From a virus, in the IMG/VR virus record IMGVR_UViG_3300030090_007212, positions 74,503-138,502 of that record: DNA of 64,000 bases. One strand, given 5' to 3'. The position numbers were made by a program, and so were the translations under genes. The notes beneath the pieces were generated by a model that saw nothing but the letters and a program-made list of their open reading frames with translations, was not told the DNA's origin and did not search any database. Below, in pieces: positions 19,758 through 28,346 of this stretch; position 1 is the stretch's first letter; each line of letters opens with the position of its first letter.

Positions 19758-21935
19758 TTAAGGTACTTTATATTTTTCCAAAAAATTATCTATACCCTCT
19801 TCACCTGGTGGATTAGGAGCATTCATTACTTCTACATCAATATTGTCAGGAATATAAACTACTCTTTTACCATCTTCTTTTTCATCAGTGGATTTTTCAT
19901 CACTTTTATGTTTATAAATCGTATCTTTTTTATAATCAGATTTTAGCTCATATCTTTTTTTATAGGTGTCTGTTTGAAATTCTGCAGGTACTTTATTAAA
20001 ATCATTCATTGTAGGTTGTTGTTTATTTTGTATGAACTTTTTATCATAAGGTCTCCACCCACTTTTCCACGCTTTAGTTAATAAAATATTATCATCACGA
20101 GACTTTTCCATAGTAAAATTAGGGTCAGTATTTAAAATAGAACCAAAAATTTGTTTAGTTTGGTTCCAATCGTAACCCTCAACCTCAACGCGATTTTTAA
20201 TAGAAGGATGTAATTTATATTTACCTTCTCTATATATTAAACCCACCCATTCTTGAACTTCAGGTAATTGTAAAATTTCTTGTACCCCCACAAATGCACC
20301 TATTTGAATTAAAAATTCCTTATATAATGGTCTCTTTAGATATTTATTGAGTGTAACTAATACATCACCATTGTTTGCCTTTAATGCGTCTTGCCAATCC
20401 TTATTTTTAAATATTTCTTGTAAAGAAAATGAATGTTTTTTCCTAACTGTGTTTTCTGCTTTTTCTAAATATTTAGTATAAGTTTTTAATAAATCCGGTT
20501 CAATCTTATTAAAAGTTTTTATTAAATCATGAGCCATTAAAATTTCACTATCTGTCATTTTAAATTTATTGGCTGCATCAGCATAAATTTTTGTCAATTT
20601 ATTTTTATCTTTTATACTTTTTAGGTTTTTAACCGCCCCAAATTCTTTCTTTGTTTTATCTACTACTTCCCCCATATACTTATAAATCTTAGGATTGGCA
20701 CTTGCTTTTCTAATATTATTCATACTTTTCATACCACCACCAGCCATACCCCCACCTAATGTTAATATACCAGCAAATATTGCAGCAGTGCGTTCTGCAC
20801 CTGTTTCTGCATTAAAAGCTTCTACACCATAAGCAGTGGCATTAATTGCATCTAACCCAAAACTTATTGCGACCCCATAGACAGGGATTGCTAATGCCGC
20901 AATAGATAATAAATCTAATACACAATGATAATCTTCCGTACATTTACCTAAATAATCTACCACTCCCTCAAAAAATCCTGGGGCATTTTCTTTTTTATAG
21001 TCTTTAAATTGTTTTGTCCACCCTAATAAATCTTGTTTACTAAAATTTCCATGTTGGGTTAAATATCCATCGTTATGACTTGTTTCGTTTATGCACCCAC
21101 ACATATGTCCTGCCTGTGTATTATAAACAAATACTCCCTTTTCTGTTGGATTCCCACAAAATGTCCAAGGACTTTCACTTATATCTTGATAATATACGTG
21201 ATACCAACCCCTGGATGTATATCTATTATCTTTAGGTTTCCCATAATATACTTTGTTTTGGGGTCCGGGGGAACCAATTTTTGCTTGTTGTTGACGTGCT
21301 CGTTTTGCCCCCTCATTATCACTACCATAATACTGTATTATCCATTGTTTATCAGAAGTTTTCGTACAATATTGAGATATAAGGTTTTTTTGATCTCTAA
21401 TAGTTCGATTCCAGTCTTGCGCCATTATATAATTCTTCCACAATTCCTGTTGATTCATATTATAATCAGATTGTGACAGTTGTTTATAATAGTTATTTTG
21501 TTTTATATACGTACTTAATCCGCCTGTTTCAGTATCTACCGGAATAGAGGGATTATAATCTGCGATTGGGAAGTCATCCACCTCATTATCGTAATTATAA
21601 GGATGATCTTCTAAAGATTGACCGGGAGGTATTAATTTCTCAAGAATTTCATCGGGTATTAAATTATGACCTGTTTTAGAATTTGGTGCACCCCATAATG
21701 CCCATTGTCCTTGTGCTCGTTTATATGCACCTTCTGGTGTTGAGTATGCCAATTGTTGGGTAAGACGATTAAATTCCTGTGCCTTATATCGGTCATATGA
21801 ATCCTTATCAAAACCAGATTGATTTTTTTTATAATTATCTACATTATGTGCACCATAAAATGTACCATCCTCAGCAGTATATTGTTCAGTTAAAAAAATA
21901 CGTTTATATTGATTTTCAGTAATACGAAGCTTCAT
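19758..21935 (-). CDS. Putative virion-packaged protein with pre-toxin (PT-TG-like) hydrophobic domain
   Basis: Start moved to ATG 21935 (MKLRITENQYKRIFLTEQ) because the longer start overlaps a terminator and the promoter motif. Contains HCVLDLLSIAALAIPVYG...LDAINATAYGVEA. Confidence 0.7.
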   Translation of the reverse strand: MKLRITENQYKRIFLTEQYTAEDGTFYGAHNVDNYKKNQSGFDKDSYDRYKAQEFNRLTQQLAYSTPEGAYKRAQGQWALWGAPNSKTGHNLIPDEILEKLIPPGQSLEDHPYNYDNEVDDFPIADYNPSIPVDTETGGLSTYIKQNNYYKQLSQSDYNMNQQELWKNYIMAQDWNRTIRDQKNLISQYCTKTSDKQWIIQYYGSDNEGAKRARQQQAKIGSPGPQNKVYYGKPKDNRYTSRGWYHVYYQDISESPWTFCGNPTEKGVFVYNTQAGHMCGCINETSHNDGYLTQHGNFSKQDLLGWTKQFKDYKKENAPGFFEGVVDYLGKCTEDYHCVLDLLSIAALAIPVYGVAISFGLDAINATAYGVEAFNAETGAERTAAIFAGILTLGGGMAGGGMKSMNNIRKASANPKIYKYMGEVVDKTKKEFGAVKNLKSIKDKNKLTKIYADAANKFKMTDSEILMAHDLIKTFNKIEPDLLKTYTKYLEKAENTVRKKHSFSLQEIFKNKDWQDALKANNGDVLVTLNKYLKRPLYKEFLIQIGAFVGVQEILQLPEVQEWVGLIYREGKYKLHPSIKNRVEVEGYDWNQTKQIFGSILNTDPNFTMEKSRDDNILLTKAWKSGWRPYDKKFIQNKQQPTMNDFNKVPAEFQTDTYKKRYELKSDYKKDTIYKHKSDEKSTDEKEDGKRVVYIPDNIDVEVMNAPNPPGEEGIDNFLEKYKVP

Positions 21936-21973
21936 AATTAAATTTATATATAAATAAATATCTATAGGCATAG

Positions 21974-21996
21974 AAAAAGCCACTACAAAGTGGCTT
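21974..21996 (-). terminator. Intrinsic terminator after the tail tube gene
   Basis: AAGCCACT-4 nt-AGTGGCTT hairpin followed by T run on the minus strand. Confidence 0.75.
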
Positions 21997-22028
21997 AATC
22001 AATATCTTTATATGGAGATTTAAATCTC

Positions 22029-22517
22029 TTAGAATACGTTGATTGCTCTATCGAACCTCAATGTACATGTGATATCCGCCAAGTCACTAGAAGAATAATC
22101 CAACCCACCGAAATCTGCGTCGTTAAGTTGAGTTCCTTGAAGAATCCATTTTTGTACTACAACACCTGTAGGATCTAACATTTCTAATTCAACGTCTTTT
22201 TTGTATCCTGCTGCGTAACCTTGTCTACCTGTTACTGATTCAGAGTGAAGTCTTACCCACTCCATTAATGCTTGTGTTGCCGAAGGACCGATTGGATCTC
22301 TAAAGGTAACTGAAATAGTTTCCCATCTAAATCTACCAATAACAAAAGTCTCCGTATTTAAGAAAGGTATTGATACCTCATCACTTGTATATTTTGGTCG
22401 ACTTGCTGTAGAAATCCACCATTCTTGAATACCTAATTCATCAGGAAATCTAAGAATCCATCTATTCTTTCTTAATGGTTCGTAAGGAACCGGCATTCTC
22501 ATTAATAAATCTGCCAT
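22029..22517 (-). CDS. Tail tube protein (T4 gp19-like)
   Basis: YEPLRKNRW, WETISVTFRDPI, YKKDVELEMLDPTGVVVQKWILQG, LRFD; 162 aa, near the sheath gene. Confidence 0.88.
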   Translation of the reverse strand: MADLLMRMPVPYEPLRKNRWILRFPDELGIQEWWISTASRPKYTSDEVSIPFLNTETFVIGRFRWETISVTFRDPIGPSATQALMEWVRLHSESVTGRQGYAAGYKKDVELEMLDPTGVVVQKWILQGTQLNDADFGGLDYSSSDLADITCTLRFDRAINVF

Positions 22518-22580
22518 TGTTTTATTTTTTTAATATTGTTTTATTCTTTAATTATAAATATTCGACTTTTAAAAAAAAGT

Positions 22581-23399
22581 TTACTTTTTAACGATAATTC
22601 TTTTTTTCTTAGGGTTTTCAGGATCAGAAGTATCATATACTAAAAATCTAACATCAGGATATAAACCTTTTAAGGTTTCTTGTATATATCTTTCTGCAGT
22701 TTCCACATTACCTAAATCATCATCACTAAATCCTATACTAATACCCGTATATTCAGGATCGTCTTTTATTTTATCTACTGCCTTTACTACTCTATCTACA
22801 AAACTCTTTAACGCTAATGTTTTTGCAATTTCAGGTTCGGTAGAAGTAGACTCTATCCCAAACTTTTCCATAAATTCATCAGAAGATACAGGATAATAAT
22901 CTTGTAAATTAAGATATTGATCAATTGATACCCCATGAAGGTTGGCAATCATTTGTCCTCTCTCCTCTTCTGTTAAAATGGTATCTATTATTATCTTTAT
23001 TGCGTCTTTTATTGCCTTTGGAGGATTTCCCCTTGCCGTTATAATAGAGAAATCACTTCCATAGGATAATGCTTCCTTAAATTTATCAAAACTAGGGCCA
23101 AACGCTTGTTTTCTTAATGCTTCATTAGTATCTTTTATAAAAGAATCGTAAGATCTAAAATCTTTAAAAGATTTCATAGGGTCATTATCTACATATCTAT
23201 ATAATTTTCCCATTTCTTTACGTACTTCCCTAAATTCTTCTGTAGATACGGAAATAGGTACCCACCCTTTACCCACTCTTTTCTCCAAATATATCTGAGT
23301 AGGCATAAATAAAATATTATCATCCCAATCAAAAGAATATGCTCTTTTTTGGAATTCTAAAAGAAGTTTTTGTTGATATTTTGTTAATCTCAGTTTCAT
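22581..23399 (-). CDS. HAD-superfamily phosphatase
   Basis: Motif I FDWDDNI, motif II IITARG, Lys in AKT, motif IV FSDDD; short leader ending LLE. Confidence 0.78.
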   Translation of the reverse strand: MKLRLTKYQQKLLLEFQKRAYSFDWDDNILFMPTQIYLEKRVGKGWVPISVSTEEFREVRKEMGKLYRYVDNDPMKSFKDFRSYDSFIKDTNEALRKQAFGPSFDKFKEALSYGSDFSIITARGNPPKAIKDAIKIIIDTILTEEERGQMIANLHGVSIDQYLNLQDYYPVSSDEFMEKFGIESTSTEPEIAKTLALKSFVDRVVKAVDKIKDDPEYTGISIGFSDDDLGNVETAERYIQETLKGLYPDVRFLVYDTSDPENPKKKRIIVKK

Positions 23400-23402
23400 T
23401 TT

Positions 23403-24719
23403 TTAATGGTTATTTTTCAAATATTCTCTAAAATTATAGATACCATAATTCTCAAAACCTCCTCTGGAAATCATATTATAATTATTACTTTTAATCGCAT
23501 CATTAATAAAAATATCATATTCCTCTACACTTTTAGCGTTTACTATTTTACTCCAATCAATTTCACTTGTATCCCCAAATTTAGTAGAAAGGTAATTTAT
23601 AGGTATAGTTTTAGTTACTTTATTATTACTAAATAAATCCTCAACATCGTTTGGTTTATATGATCCACCAGAATTTTTATTATAATATTGATTATAATGT
23701 TCCCAATCTCTGAATCCACCGTTAGGGGGTGCACCAATTAACTCGTTTCTATAATGAATTTGAGGTGTAATCATTTTATCTCCCATTATATTACCACCTT
23801 TATTATTATATCCTTGAATTGCAGACTTAATATCTGATAACATCGCACCCTGTTGGTTTTTATCAATTACCGACTTAGGTATATAAATGGTGGCCCCTTG
23901 TTTACCATGTTGAGGTGTGCCGGGTTTCATCTTAACATGATTGACTTGTTCTAACCCACCTACTTTTCCATGTGCACCATATTTTTTAGATACCGGAGTT
24001 AACCTCTCTATTAAAAAGGCAGAATCTTCTAAAGTAGAACCAAATATATGAAATTTCCACCCACTATGGTTAGGCCACTCCACTTTAGATCCAAATTCTA
24101 TCCAACCTCTTTCATTTGGATTACCATATTTATAAAGTATGTTAAGAGAATCTTCAATAACACTATTATCAAGTTCTTTTGTTATTGGTAAAAAATTAGT
24201 ATTTTTATGTTTTTTATATTGTTTAACCTCATTACCTTTAATTGTGGTAATAATTACTTCATCACCTACCTTTTCCACTTCTATTTTGTAAGGTTTTATT
24301 TCCCTTACTTTTCCTAGTCGCGATTCATCAAATAGTTCTACTACAGTTTCTCTCATTCCACCTTCTGTTGGAATATCCACCAAAGCCTTAATAAAGTCTT
24401 CAATTTCCACATTTTTTAACTTACCCCTCTTTGCCATATAATCTAAACTTTTAATGAAACTATTTACCTTAACTAAATCTACACTTGCCGGTATAAGTTG
24501 CTTCCAAACCCCTGCGAATTCATCAATATGTTTACTTAAATCATTAAAATTAGTGATTTTAAAATTTAAATAATTAGTAAGAATTTTAGGGTCAATAGTT
24601 TTTAACCCAGCAGTAAATGCTCTCTTTAATGATTGTAATGGTCTTCTTTGTTCCGTTAGAATTCCACCACCATTTTCACATAAAAAATTAAATTGACTTT
24701 CACTAATTATTATCTTCAT
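23403..24719 (-). CDS. Leader + shared domain + phosphothreonine-lyase-like (OspF/SpvC, LanKC/LanL lyase) domain protein
   Basis: GWKFHIFG...HGKVG...GKQGATIYIP...GD...IHYRNE in the order seen in the lyase fold. N-terminal part paralogous to 17359..18951. Confidence 0.68.
   Translation of the reverse strand: MKIIISESQFNFLCENGGGILTEQRRPLQSLKRAFTAGLKTIDPKILTNYLNFKITNFNDLSKHIDEFAGVWKQLIPASVDLVKVNSFIKSLDYMAKRGKLKNVEIEDFIKALVDIPTEGGMRETVVELFDESRLGKVREIKPYKIEVEKVGDEVIITTIKGNEVKQYKKHKNTNFLPITKELDNSVIEDSLNILYKYGNPNERGWIEFGSKVEWPNHSGWKFHIFGSTLEDSAFLIERLTPVSKKYGAHGKVGGLEQVNHVKMKPGTPQHGKQGATIYIPKSVIDKNQQGAMLSDIKSAIQGYNNKGGNIMGDKMITPQIHYRNELIGAPPNGGFRDWEHYNQYYNKNSGGSYKPNDVEDLFSNNKVTKTIPINYLSTKFGDTSEIDWSKIVNAKSVEEYDIFINDAIKSNNYNMISRGGFENYGIYNFREYLKNNH
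24250..24653. repeat. Approximately 400-bp duplication, copy B
   Basis: Aligns to 18440-18843. Confidence 0.9.
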
Positions 24720-24742
24720 ATATAATAAATATTATTGGGTAT

Positions 24743-24766
24743 AAAAAAACCCACATAAGTGGGTTT
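24743..24766 (-). terminator. Intrinsic terminator
   Basis: AAACCCAC-4 nt-GTGGGTTT hairpin with T run on the minus strand. Confidence 0.75.
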
Positions 24767-24789
24767 AGGTAATACTTAGTTTTATGAAA

Positions 24790-25113
24790 TTAATAATTAG
24801 GTATTTTTTCATCCATAGGATATCTACCACTACTTGGCATACATTTTGCCCCACATTCTAATAATTTAGGTCCAATTATAAATGCATCTGTCATATCTAC
24901 ACCTTCTAATAATGCTGCAATATCACTCATAGAAGGAGCTTCCATTTCCATTAACATTGCCGCTATTTTCATTGCTTTTGCACTATATTTAGGCCCTAAT
25001 GCGTCTTCCACACAAGAAACACATACTGGAGATGGTTCAATACTTTGCTCTACCAATACTCTTTTAACGATTTTTTGTAAATCCGATTCTTTTAATTTAA
25101 TTACTTTTTTCAT
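24790..25113 (-). CDS. Small protein with N-terminal leader
   Basis: 107 aa; MKKVIKLKESDLQKIVKRVLVEQ followed by a four-Cys helical domain. Confidence 0.78.
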   Translation of the reverse strand: MKKVIKLKESDLQKIVKRVLVEQSIEPSPVCVSCVEDALGPKYSAKAMKIAAMLMEMEAPSMSDIAALLEGVDMTDAFIIGPKLLECGAKCMPSSGRYPMDEKIPNY

Positions 25114-25125
25114 TTTTTATATTTT

Positions 25126-25154
25126 AAAAAAGGGGGAGATTTTACCACTCCCCC
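25126..25154 (-). terminator. Intrinsic terminator after the sheath gene
   Basis: GGGGGAG...CTCCCCC hairpin followed by TTTTTT on the minus strand. Confidence 0.78.
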
Positions 25155-25163
25155 ATTATATTA

Positions 25164-27983
25164 TTAAATATCATCAAAAGATGCACCAGTATTAGTAATA
25201 TTGAATTCTATGCTGATGTATTCTAATGTTCTAGTTGGTTTAATAAAGATTCTACCATTCAACTCATTTCTATCAATTGATTCTGGTGTATCATCTAATA
25301 CCACTCTAAAGTCAGTTAAACCTCTTTCTTTACGGATATTATCCAAAATTGGGTTAACTAATGAAAGGAATTGATTTCTTACAACCTCATCATTTTGTTC
25401 AAATAACAATCTGATAGAAACTGCAGATATAAGTTTTCTTGCTTGAAGTAAAAGTCTTCTAACATTAATTCTATTAAGTGCTGTTTCTTTTTGTTGTAAT
25501 GTTTTATTACCCCAAATTACTACTCCCACATCTGAGAATGTTGCCATTGGGTTAATCATACCTTCATAAAGAGTATCTCTTTGGTCTAAAGTCAATTTTA
25601 ATCTCGCTTTAATTGCGTTTGTTGTACCTCTATTTAAACCTGCTGCTGCAAACCAAGGAAATGCAACGTTATCTGTTAATGCAATGTTTCTAACAACCTC
25701 TAATGTTGGTGGTAACCATACATATTGGTTATTTTCTGTATCATTCATCTGTAACCACGGCCAGTAAGTGGCAGAATAGTTACTGTCGATTCCTGCATCT
25801 GCGATTAAATCAACCGCTTCTTCTGGATCAATTGCTTGTCCATCACTATCAGTATCCGGTGTAGTTAGGATATAAAGTGAATCCGCTCTATCAACTTCTA
25901 CAACATCAATTGCATTTTCAATCAATCCTGTTTGATCTCTTACATCCAACCCTGGAGTTGCGAATACATTTATATTAACCGCTTCAGGATTATTGAATGT
26001 GTATAAACCATCTAAGAATGCGTAATAATCAGAAGTGATTCCTTCATCTCCTTCACTTGTTACAAATGTTTGGAAAGTTCCTGCCAATAATCCTGCCGCA
26101 CCATTAGTTCCAGCTTTTGTATAAGAATCTCCGTTAGTTCTTTCGGTTCTATATTCATCCCATCCATCATAACCACCAAATGGTGCAAATGTGAATTTTC
26201 TTGCCGCTAATTTTTCATAAGGACCACTAGTTACTGAAGCGTTACTCGTAAATGCCGATACACCTACTTGAAGTGCTGGGAAGTAACTATCAGCACCTGC
26301 CGATATTTCTGCTCCTTCTGCATTTACATCCATATGGAAACCATCTGTTCTTCCAGTATAAACACCATCATTAACTGCGTTTCTACCTTTATAATCGAAG
26401 TAATCTTGATCTACCCCTATAGAACTATTTAAACCTAAGTAAGTTTTTCTAAGTCTTGCAGTAGTTAATTGTCCGTATGCCGTCTTATATTCAATTTGTG
26501 GTGGTAAAGAAGTTCTTGTACCAATGTATTCCCTATTTAATACTCCCTCAAATCCTGCAGGGAAAGCATTGTGTGGGAAATCATCTGCCAATTCTACCAT
26601 CACATATTCACTACGTAATGGATATTCACCATCCGTAGTACCAATTTTTCTACCAATAAATCCATTATCTGTTGGATCCATTGTAATTTTTGAAAATTTC
26701 TCTACAGTTTGAATATTAGAATCTGTATCATTGAATTTTCTTACCAATAAATCAAATGTTCTTTCATCAGGTTTAATATTAACAATAGAGAATTTAATGT
26801 CTTCATTCGCTGCGTTACCATCAGATATTGTAACGAATCTAAATAATCTTTGTAATACATTACCTCGTAGTTCTGATAATACATAAGGAGATGATGCAGA
26901 TTTCCATTGTTCTTCATAATCATCTAAATTATTAGTGTCAGTAGATAATATTTCATTGAAAGTAATATCTAAACCTCTTACTTTACCTGCACTATTTAAA
27001 TCATCTAATGTATTATAGTATAATTCCTCTACCCATAATTCAGTTTCTTTATCCTGTGTCTTACTACCGAATAAACCTGCAATATAGTTAGTTTTTGTTT
27101 TATCTAAAGATGTATCATAACTAAATGTGTTACCCGCTGCCGTTGTACCTGTAATTGTAAACGATGCGAATGGATTAGTAACGATATCATCAGTATTTGT
27201 CATTTCAGTTGCAGTAACCGTATAATCTAAGATTTGGTCACCACCATAGTCACCTCTAGATCTTAATGTTGCAACAACACTACCATCAATACTTGAATCA
27301 CAAGTTGCACTATATGTAACCACCGTACCTGATGTTACACCAGTAATTCCACCTGCAACACTTGATCCGATGGAAATAACCTCCATATCAAATGTTCTAC
27401 CTGTAAAATCACACCCTACTTTAATATACGCTGGATCATCTATTGAGAAATCATCACCTACAGTTGCATTACCAATATTAGTAAATGTAGAAGATATCTC
27501 CCCATCATCATATAAGTCTTGTAAACCACTACTAGCGTCAAATGTCATAGTAACTGGTGTACCACCTGTGGTTGCACTAAACGTTAATAACGGATCATAA
27601 GAAGTAGTATCTGTTATACTTACTGTATCCGCATCAGGATTAGAGTCTAATGTAATACTCCACGCACTACCTGCCTTATAACCTGAATACCCCAATACTC
27701 TACTTACATATAATTGGTTAGTTTGTGTAAGAAATGATTTTGCAATGTAATTTAATTCATATTTGTGAAAACCAGAACCTTTAAATTTCTCAGAATTCAA
27801 ACCACCAAAATAATTCATGAATTCATTATAGTTTGAAATAAAGACTGGTTCAAATGCTGGCCCTTTCGGAGTTTCACCTACTAATCCTAATGTAGTGACT
27901 CCTACTTGTCTTGTTACAAATGTTAAATCCTTTTCTGAGGTGAATACCCCCGGACTAACAAAAATTCTATCTGTCGATGCCAT
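25164..27983 (-). CDS. Contractile tail sheath protein (T4 gp18-like)
   Basis: FVSPGVFTSEKD, GETPKGPAFEP, PWFAAAGLNRG, WGNKTLQ, RINVRRLL, IKPTRTLEYI. Confidence 0.95.
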   Translation of the reverse strand: MASTDRIFVSPGVFTSEKDLTFVTRQVGVTTLGLVGETPKGPAFEPVFISNYNEFMNYFGGLNSEKFKGSGFHKYELNYIAKSFLTQTNQLYVSRVLGYSGYKAGSAWSITLDSNPDADTVSITDTTSYDPLLTFSATTGGTPVTMTFDASSGLQDLYDDGEISSTFTNIGNATVGDDFSIDDPAYIKVGCDFTGRTFDMEVISIGSSVAGGITGVTSGTVVTYSATCDSSIDGSVVATLRSRGDYGGDQILDYTVTATEMTNTDDIVTNPFASFTITGTTAAGNTFSYDTSLDKTKTNYIAGLFGSKTQDKETELWVEELYYNTLDDLNSAGKVRGLDITFNEILSTDTNNLDDYEEQWKSASSPYVLSELRGNVLQRLFRFVTISDGNAANEDIKFSIVNIKPDERTFDLLVRKFNDTDSNIQTVEKFSKITMDPTDNGFIGRKIGTTDGEYPLRSEYVMVELADDFPHNAFPAGFEGVLNREYIGTRTSLPPQIEYKTAYGQLTTARLRKTYLGLNSSIGVDQDYFDYKGRNAVNDGVYTGRTDGFHMDVNAEGAEISAGADSYFPALQVGVSAFTSNASVTSGPYEKLAARKFTFAPFGGYDGWDEYRTERTNGDSYTKAGTNGAAGLLAGTFQTFVTSEGDEGITSDYYAFLDGLYTFNNPEAVNINVFATPGLDVRDQTGLIENAIDVVEVDRADSLYILTTPDTDSDGQAIDPEEAVDLIADAGIDSNYSATYWPWLQMNDTENNQYVWLPPTLEVVRNIALTDNVAFPWFAAAGLNRGTTNAIKARLKLTLDQRDTLYEGMINPMATFSDVGVVIWGNKTLQQKETALNRINVRRLLLQARKLISAVSIRLLFEQNDEVVRNQFLSLVNPILDNIRKERGLTDFRVVLDDTPESIDRNELNGRIFIKPTRTLEYISIEFNITNTGASFDDI

Positions 27984-28070
27984 TTATTTAATTTTTTAAA
28001 ATTTATATTATTTTATCTTTATATTATAAATATGCTGGTTTTTATGAAAGTATTTTAATGTTTTAAAATT

Positions 28071-28101
28071 AGTATGACAATTTTCATACTTTTATCATAC
28101 T
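28071..28101. promoter_or_regulatory. Candidate operator (AGTATGA / TCATACT boxes)
   Basis: AGTATGA 28071-28077 and TCATACT 28084-28090 form an inverted repeat; a further TCATACT lies at 28095-28101, just before the RHH gene. Confidence 0.5.
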
Positions 28102-28116
28102 TATATAAAAAAACCT

Positions 28117-28275
28117 ATGAAAAGGACTAAAAATCTAAAGATTACACCTAAAACTCATGAATTACTTAAATCATATTGTGAAGATAATGGGTTAAAAATG
28201 TTCGCCTTTGTAGAAAAAATAATAAGGGAAAAATGTATACCTAAAAAAGATATATATGGTGATGTAGTAAAATAA
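28117..28275 (+). CDS. Ribbon-helix-helix DNA-binding protein (52 aa)
   Basis: Manual translation MKRTKNLKITPKTHELLKSYCEDNGLKMFAFVEKIIREKCIPKKDIYGDVVK. Strand-helix-G-helix pattern of CopG/Arc-type proteins; a terminator follows directly. Confidence 0.75.
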   Translation: MKRTKNLKITPKTHELLKSYCEDNGLKMFAFVEKIIREKCIPKKDIYGDVVK

Positions 28276-28305
28276 AAAAAGAGGGAGATTTCTCCCCCTC
28301 TTTTT
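28276..28305. terminator. Bidirectional intrinsic terminator
   Basis: AAAAAGAGGG...CCCTCTTTTT between convergent genes. Confidence 0.8.
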
Positions 28306-28346
28306 AAAGTGTTTATAAAACTTAATAGATTTACCTTAATAAACTA

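Noticed and set aside
21936-21983. N-terminal extension MAFSMPIDIYLYINLI of the 741-aa ORF
   Set aside because: Overlaps the tube terminator and the promoter motif; the leader-type start at 21935 fits better.
18440-24653. Duplication as a DGR template/variable repeat pair
   Set aside because: Mismatches are not adenine-specific, both copies are coding, and no reverse transcriptase is in the window.
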